A stretch of DNA of 64,000 nucleotides, taken from assembly GCA_964270895.1 (NCBI GenBank), contig OZ185435.1; one strand, 5' to 3'. The position numbers and the translations under genes were made by a program. The stretch is from Podarcis filfolensis (lineage: Eukaryota). Below, piece by piece: positions 55,733-64,000 of the stretch (within the stretch, counting starts at the first letter, position 1; every line of letters begins with the position of its first letter). The notes below the pieces were generated by a model. That model made no database searches and had not been told where the DNA came from. It saw nothing but the letters and a program-made list of their open reading frames with translations.

Positions 55733-57595
55733 ACCAATGCAGAGAGATTTGAGCAAACAAGTCAGAGCCACTTTGCTTGTTAAGACCAATACCAGGTTCC
55801 TTAGCAATTCTTCAGGGAATAAACTTGGTACTGTTTTCCTTCTAATGTGTAATATGCTCAGTACAGAACTAGGTCATTGAACAATAGAGTGAACAGCAAT
55901 CAGCAATCTTCTACTGCATAATGCATCAAGTATAACGTACAGAAAACTGTTCACAAAACTGAAAGCTGGCATTTCATGTCTAAATTCAAGATGACATGAC
56001 ATTTAATAGTTTCATAGTAATGAACAACAGTGTTTTGTTCATTCTCAACACAATGCCAAGTTCAGTCTTAAGAAGTATCAACAAGACAAGAGAGAGAACA
56101 CATTGGGTTTTTTCCACGAGAACAATACATTAATGATAACTATTTAGTACGTTGCTGCAGACAGAGTACCACTGAGGCTACCACTGTCAGAAGATATCTG
56201 CTGCCATATTGTTTCAAGGCTCTTGTCCTCTCATATTTTGAGGACATAAATTGTCTCTTGATCTAGTTTTACAGCAGAAGTTTACAGCACACAGAAATGT
56301 TGTTTATTCTGGGAACAAACACAGCCCTTTCTTTTTCTTGCTCTCTCTTTTAAAATTCCCATTGAGTTTCAGTTCAAATTTCTAGACAAAATAATAGTAC
56401 CATTTCTGTCATCTAGTATTCCTTCTTTGAAATACTTGTCTTTGAAAGCCTCTTGCATAAAATTCAGACTTGTGTTTTCTCAAGGGTTCCAATGCAAACG
56501 CATATCTCGATGAGAGGAGTGGTGGTTGTGCTGGTGGTGATTTTTCCATTAAATTAGCGAGTTTTAGTAGAAAGTGCTTTTTAAGTTTTGAATTTTAGCA
56601 TTTTTTTCAAATGCCAACATCTTTCTCCCAAGGTCATTTAAGAAATATGGGACCGTGCATTGTTATTGGGCATTGCCCACTGTGCGAACAGGATGGTGGA
56701 CTAGATGGACCATTGACCTCGTCCAGCAGGATCTCCTTCTTGTGTTCTTAGTAATTTCTAGAGCTTCTGCTGCAATCCTTCATTTCAACACCAGAGTAAT
56801 GCTACCTGCCCTACTTTATACTTAGCTGTAATGGGTTGTTTAAAGCTATTGCCTAGCAATAATCAATTTAATTTTTCACACAATTATTTGTTTCATTGTG
56901 TAGTAAAATACATAGTGGTTGTGGGTTTTCTGTTATTAAGAGATTTAGTGAGTCAAAGGTGTTAATAAGCTAACTTCCAAAAGCCAGTTTGTACATTACC
57001 AAAGTGGTGGGGCTGCTACGTCCACATATCTTCGCCCTTCTTTTCCCATGCTGCTATGGGAAATAATCATCTTGTAGACACCTTCAACATGGGCTCCTCA
57101 TTACTTTAAATTCAGCAGCACAGGAAGCAAGCACCACAGAAGAGTCAACCATGGTGCTAAGATAACTTAGGAACTGGCTTGAATATTAATTCATCATACA
57201 TTTAATCAGTACTGGAGAGGTATTGCATATTTGAAAACTAGATTTTGGACACCAAATTCAAAACTGATACCTGCAGTGAAACAATATCTGTGTTCTTTCT
57301 AAAAAAAAACATAGCCTGTATCTGTTACTAGTACTAGCTCATGCTTAGGTACCAATTGTGGGATTGGGCAATGTAAGGAACAAAGATTTACCTACCAATA
57401 TGACTTGAAACCGCTGTTAGATGGACAAGAAAATGTGGAAGTGGAAATCAAGAAAGGACTGACATATTAGTACGGAGGGCAGGGGATGTGCAGGTGGTAG
57501 CCAGAGGGACAGGGAAGTATAATAGAAAATGAGTACGCTCAAGATATTCAGACATGAACAGACTGGAAATCTTAATGTTCCTTTCTCTTCGGCAG

Positions 57596-57704
57596 GAAAG
57601 AACACGCTATGAGAATTTAGGCCCACAGCTATCAGGGAAGCCCAGTGAAGATGGAAAACTAGGCCCAGGAGTCATTGATCTTACAAGGCCAGAAGATGCA
57701 GAGG
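57596..57704 (+). CDS. SOX6: SOX6 internal coding exon ([36 protein letters not shown]), phase 0/1, 109 nt
   Basis: Acceptor ctttctcttcggcag|GAA and donor GAGG|gtgagt. Contains the VIDLT motif. Not in the supplied ORF track; translated by hand. Confidence 0.96.
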
Positions 57705-59220
57705 GTGAGTTTCTGTAACAAATATATTGAGCCACTGAGCATTGCTTTCCTTGAGCTCCTTAAAGTTGGATGTCTTAATGAGCATTGTGCAGCTAAATCC
57801 CCATGCACAGCTTTGAGGCATTTTGCATGGATTCTAGTAACATGTGCAAGCATAAGTTCTAGTTGTAAAATGGTTCCATACAATATGCATTCTCTGCTCT
57901 CATTATTTACATTCTGGTTCAACTCTTCTCAGAAAGCTGTCTTGAGTGAGTTTGTATGTCACCTCAGATGGGTGGCATGTGCATTTAAGTGCTCACACAA
58001 ATAGTGTAATGTTTATATGGTGGCCCACATATCATATATCAGATTCCTTGAGTAGGGACTTCTGGTTTTGGAGCAGCCTGCACTCATGGAAGCTGACTGG
58101 CCATATTATTAATGCTTTGCTGGATATATTGGGTAAACCTCATATGAGCAGTGAAATGTACATATGGGTTGGCTTAGGTAATGCAGAAATTGTCATCTGT
58201 CACTTTGAGACATATGATTAATCCCAGCATTACCATCCTATGCTGCTCCAGATCCAAACAGCTGTAGAAAAGTGGAGGCAGTGATGCTGAATTCAGTCAG
58301 AGACTACAGATGATCACTTCCTCACATATTCATAGGCAATATTCAGTAATCAGCAAGTATGGCCCCTGGTCATCTTAAGAGACCCTGCAGAACTTTTAAG
58401 TGTATGTTATCATTACTATAATGAAGAAAAGAGCAAGGAAGTGGATTATCCAATTAATTGATCAATTGCTGAATTAATTACAGTGAAATTTTAATTGGAG
58501 ATGCCCAGTATGAAAGGATGTGGAGTGCTGGTAGTTGTGCGAATTAGTTCAAGGAACATGCTATCTTTGCGAAAACATACTTGCACTGAGATCTGAAGGG
58601 TTGTAGTTATGATTCTGTTCAAGCCCATGGAAGAATTCCCATTGATTTCAATGGTCAAGGACTGCACACTGTAATGTTTATTTTAATTAGTTACTTGGAT
58701 TGATCAGTTAAAAACAATGCCATTAATCAACTAAAAGCCTTTAATTGGTTGACAGCTCTGTTGGAAATTACGTTGCTAATTGGTAATATTTCAGGTTAGC
58801 TTTTTCTCCTTGTATGCATATTATTTCCAATTTTAATTGTTTAAACTTTTTATTTCATTGGATTTTTAGATACAAAAGAAAACTGTAATAAAATAAAAGA
58901 AATTAATCAAACAAACAGCATAGCAATATAGTCCCACCTCACATATTCCTTTTGGGATAGAATAATAACTTTATAATCTTTGGATAGGCTTGTACATTAT
59001 TTGCATAATATGAAATGAAGAGAATAAAACATATTTGTACTTGCTTTTCTGGCAGGAAGTTACCTCAGGCTTCCCTAAATTAACTCATTTCCCTCTCACA
59101 TCCTTTCACTTTCTACATTTGCATAACACATTATGTTATTTAGATGATTGTAGTGACAGGACAGCCTTTCAAATAGTTCCACTTAGTTTAGCTAGCTTCG
59201 TCAGGAAGAAGTGTTCAAAA

Positions 59221-59356
59221 TAGCCTACCTCAATCTGGTGTCCTCCAAATATTGTTGGGCTCCTACTCCATCAGCCCTAACCATCATGGCCAATGGTCAG
59301 AAAAGATGGTAGCTATAGTCCAAAGCATCTGGAAGGCACCCAATTGGGGAAGACTG
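59221..59356. mobile_element. Degenerate older copy of the palindromic hAT MITE family
   Basis: Recognisable remnants (tcctccaaatattgttgggctcctact...ctatagtccaaagcatctggaagg); no clear TSD. Confidence 0.55.
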
Positions 59357-60034
59357 ATTTAAAACAAATCCTTGTGATCTTAGAAATCATATACTGCGGT
59401 GGGTCTTAGAAGAGAGCTCCATGGATCATAAAAAATCTAATAGCTCAAGGTTGTATTTTTGTTTCATTTTCAGCATGCCAGCAATGCTTTGGCCACTGAC
59501 CGGAATTTGGCTTTTAAGTATTTCTTTTATAGAGAAAAATTACATGATTATAAGTAATGTAAAACCATTTATTTGGCTCTAATGTGACTCTAAGTCTGGA
59601 TGGCTTCATACACATTTGCAGCAGATTTAAAAGTGTAGTCATTGGTCAATATATGCCATATCCATTAAAGCAAATTAAACTTAAATGTTCTTATACATAT
59701 GGTTTAGAGGTGACCTAACATGAGAAAATGTTGTTTGGAGCTCTTATAATTATTATCCTGTAGTCTTTTGCCTAAAAGGCTGTAAAAGAAGCTCCAAAAA
59801 TTAGTATTTTTAACATCTACTGGGGTGAAATTACGTTATGTTCTATTAAGACTTTTTTTACAGCTACATTCAAACTTGATGTGTGTATCATATCCTGCAA
59901 TTGTCCTTCCTAATATAAACTGTGTAAAAGGCAAGTGGAAATAGCAATTGAGCTTTAATTTTTAAAATGTGGACATTTTCTTAAAGATCTGAACTAGTCT
60001 GAATTTTCAGGACTAGTTAGTTGGCTGCCTTTAA

Positions 60035-60039
<5 letters not shown>

Positions 60040-60091
<52 letters not shown>
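60040..60091. repeat. (TG)n microsatellite
   Basis: Seen directly. Confidence 0.95.
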
Positions 60092-60094
<3 letters not shown>

Positions 60095-63000
60095 TTGCAC
60101 ATAACACCTACTTATGCCCATTTTTCTATCTATATAATGATTCTACCTGCAAAATTTTTGTATAGTGGTACAGTGAGCAGGGAAAGGGGGAGATTTGAAT
60201 TGGATACAACCCGTTATCTATGTGTCTATGCTCTGTTTCTGGTTCCTCCCCAAACTGCTATGGGGGGGGGGAAGACTTATGTGCACAATTTTATGATAAT
60301 TGGGACTGGATAATTTTTGGAATTCATGGGGAAAATCAGCTTCTTAAGAAAGAATTAATCATGGAACTCTCAGGTAATGTCTAATTTGGTCCTTACCTGG
60401 AAGAACTTCCTTGCAAATGCATTATGTTCTATTGGTGAGATTCCCCCCTTCAAACATTTAGCATCAGCAGGTTATTTCTCAAATTCTAACCATACATAAA
60501 AACTGTGCTTTCCTTGTGGAACAAATGAGATGGGAGTGGGGATTAGACTAAAAGCTAATGTCACAGAGGCACTGTCTTCACTCTGCAGGTGAAGTCCTAT
60601 TACTTCAGGTGTAGATTCAGAATGTAAGAAAAAAGGTTGCTTTAAACAGCAGATACCTTTAAAATATGCAATTCATATGTCCAGAACAACCCTACTGTAG
60701 GCATGCTCACTTTGTTATCTATAATGTATAATTTTATTAATACTTTAGGTAAGATTTAAAAAGGGGATTGTCAATTTAACAAATGAACTGTGCCTTTATA
60801 AGCCAATTCCTGATTAACCGTTCTAGTTATTAAATTTAACTTAATTTATATATCGGGAAAAAATCATCAACCTTTTGTGGAACCCAAAGGAAAGGCAGCA
60901 GTTTCCTGTAGATGTGAGTAAATTTATAATATTCAAAAAAAGGAAAGGAAAGATACTACCCCCACTCAGTTATAAGAAAAAGCTCTCTAACATCTGCATG
61001 TTTACATATTTAGTAATATATTTCCTATTGCAGAAATACATGAAAGCCAAAATCGCTTAAAGTAATTTTGAGGCTCATCAGTATTGGTAGAAGGTCTAGT
61101 TTTAAAAATGTGTTGGCATTGATTTGAGCTGAGCACTGTCAAGTTCATTTTGCTATTTTTAGAAGGACAGCCATAATTTACTTTCAGGGTAAAACTAATA
61201 CCTGTTAGTTTCTTCTTCAGTTTGCATCCAAAACTTATCTTTTTATGTTTTCTTTTCATGAAAAGTAGGCCATGGAGGAAGCAACAGTTGGCATACTTTG
61301 AAGGATATGCAGGGCTGGCCCATCCATGAGGCAACATAGGGCACATGCACCACAGCCGCTACCTCCACACTCAGCTTCCTCCTATGCCTCCGTCATCTCC
61401 AAGTGCACCACCTGAAGAGGTGGCTGAGCATGGAGGAGACAGCCATGGCAGTGCAAGGGCAGAGGAGGCAGCAGCAGCAAACAACCACTAGAAAGAAAGG
61501 CCATTGTGAAGCTGAATATATATATATGGGGGGGGGGGAGATGGAGAATATTATTATTAAACATTAATAATAAAAACATTAATTAAACACTTGTTAAACA
61601 TTTTAAGGTAAAAATTCATATTCTTGAAACTGTGGAGCAAGATCAAGTACAGTGTATGACCTGAGGAGGCCTGAGGTTTCCTTCTGAAGTGCTAAAAGTT
61701 TTCAACCTATGGAAGGTGACCAGGATCATGTGTGATGGCTCCTTTCTTCATTGCCTGGGAAGTTCTGAAGAGGTTCCTAAGTTAAAAGCCTCCCTGCAAC
61801 CAAGACACCTTTCTGATCAGAATTCCTGACTGTGTGGAGACTTCTTAGCATGCTGAATGAAATGCACTCAGGAACTTCAAAACCTCCCACTCAATGCAAA
61901 AATGTTTGTGGGTGGAACAGGCACAGCCTGCACACAGGGATGTTGGGGGGTTGTGCACAGCCTCACATCCCCTGTTAATGTTCACATTCCCTGTTCAGGC
62001 ATAACACCTAACATCAAGGTGGGGAAAATTAATTGTTCTTGAGCGTTCTTTTCTCCCCCTCCCACTGATATCAGAACAGATGGTGGTGTTCTTTTTAAGG
62101 TTTAGAAGGTCTAAAAACTATAGATTATCTCCTACCAAAGAAATGACTTTTAAATTCACATCTATATTGTCAGGTAGACTTGTAAAAATGCTGTGGGCTT
62201 GTAGCTTTTCTGGACTACTTGCAAGGCTATGCTTTTGAGTCATAGCTACCACCTGCTGACTCCCCATCACTTCAGGGTGACTCCCTTGGGGCTTTCAGAA
62301 GCACTTGACAGGAAAAAGTCACATGCATTATAACAAGTGTCGAACTTTTCAAAAGGGGAACAGATAAGCCTCTTTTCAGATGGTAACTGTATATACCCAG
62401 ATGCCCACAATGCTTATCACTGGCTCCTAATATGTTAGACATAAATAAGGAAAGAGGAAGTTACTAGCTCTTCTTGTTCAGCTTCCATGTAACAGTTGAA
62501 CTGGCTCTCAGAACAAGGAGTGCCACATAACTCAAGTGGTAGCAAAATTCCACTTGCAAAAACAATTCCCCTTGAAAGACAAAGAAAAAAGGTCAGTTTT
62601 TTACCTGTCAGGGGAAGGAGAGAAAGAAAAAGAGTGAAACAGACACTGTGTCCTGTGCAAGCCTATCAGTCATGGCAGCCTGCCAACAGAATCCAAAACT
62701 GTGAGGTAACTTGTTTAACACCCTACTACGCTGAGGTGTAAACAGCGGGAAGTACATGCATGACAAAGCATCGTCTGCTTTTGTGACAGTTTTTCATAAA
62801 ATACAGGGAGGGAAATGACTCCTGTAGCCAGTATCTGTCGCATATAAATATTTGGGAGAGTTGCTATGACAGTTGAGAGTGGAAAGGGGGTATACCACAA
62901 AACAGAAAAAGCCAACTGAAGACAAGGAAATGTTTCCAGAAGGAATGCTGAAAAACCAGGCCCTGTCTGCTTTTGTTCTCCATGCACTCTTTACCTGTCT

Positions 63001-64000
63001 TTTGATAACTGAACAGCTAAACATTTGTTAAAGAAGAAACCACATTTTAAAGTATTTAGGCCTCACATATGTAAACAACTCAAAACTGCTTCTTCCTACT
63101 TAACACCACACTTAAAATATGCTACACTTTGGAAAGCATAGCAGTTGCATTCCTTACACTAGTCAGGATACTGACATTGGTATTCAAAAACACATGCCCC
63201 CATGTGATGAAGTTCCCATTTTCAGATATAATCTTAAAGGAGTACAGTACAGGATAAGCAGAACTTTTCAGTATCAGGTATTTGCAGATAATAACACCAT
63301 AGAGGCCCTCTGTTATAGCATAACTTAGTATTATGATTTATCCAGCCCTGAGGCTGCAGTCTGCAGCCAGCTCTATAGGAAGTACTTTTCCACAGGCTAT
63401 GCAACACTATATTTCAATGTATTGGCAAGAATATATACATTTGCCAGCATCACTGGCATCAATAAATATTCACAGTGCAACTAATCACTTCATACATGAG
63501 CATGTGTGTGTTTTCCCCAACATGGGAATTATTTCCTTATGGGCAAAATTTAACACAGAATGCCAATAAAAGGCAGCTTGTCATACATGCACAGGATCTC
63601 CCTGTGATTAGGAATCCTGTATAATCAGAGTTTCCAAGGATAGGTTGGGGTGGGGGGAAGATAGAATCTTACAGGAAACATGGAAATTTCTTTAACAAAC
63701 ATTTTAGTATGGTATTTTCCCTAATACATGCATATTTATGCACACTTTACCCTAGTATATGCATTTTTGTATATGTTACTTGGCTTGAGAACGGCTTTGC
63801 AGGTTTTTTACAGGTGACATCAACTTGCACATGGAAATCTTTACATATTGTATTTGCAAACAGAAGACAATGTGAGCAATGTTATTACATTTGGGGTAGT
63901 CACCATGAGAATGAGGCCTTTGGGTTGTATCCAGTGCTACACAAGTGGAATTCTGATCACACAATGGAACTTTACTTTCTTCCTCCTACCCCTTGCCCAC

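Noticed and set aside
1-64000. CRISPR arrays, prokaryotic operons or defence systems
   Set aside because: The sequence is clearly vertebrate intronic DNA, and no regularly spaced repeat-spacer array was seen.

Overview
Vertebrate genomic DNA, most likely a squamate lizard (inferred from the SINE/MITE repertoire). The window covers the middle of the SOX6 gene on the + strand. Four coding exons with canonical AG/GT boundaries and consistent phases (31479-31628, 36621-36801, 40595-40779, 57596-57704) encode the region from [15 protein letters not shown] to [12 protein letters not shown], just upstream of the HMG box, whose exons lie beyond the window. The first ~31.5 kb is apparently one large intron. 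It holds two apparently intact, young retrotransposons 1.8 kb apart, both in the SOX6 sense orientation. One is a full-length Gypsy LTR element (Mag-like; 329-bp LTRs that look identical by eye, 5-bp TSD, tRNA-Ser PBS, single 1358-aa gag-pol ORF). The other is a full-length L1 LINE (14-bp TSD, CpG-rich 5'UTR, intact ORF1 and ORF2, poly-A). The rest is intronic: hAT and Tc1/mariner MITEs, tRNA-SINEs, L2/MIR relics, a Penelope-like fragment, microsatellites and three N gaps. The best leads are an ORF0-like antisense ORF reading out of the L1 5' end, ORF1 and ORF2 in frame across a single stop, tandem NF-Y+SOX modules in LTRs sitting inside a SOX gene, a DR2 retinoic-acid-response-like triple half-site beside a SOX6 exon, and a candidate poison exon. 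All family names come from recognition by eye, not from database searches.
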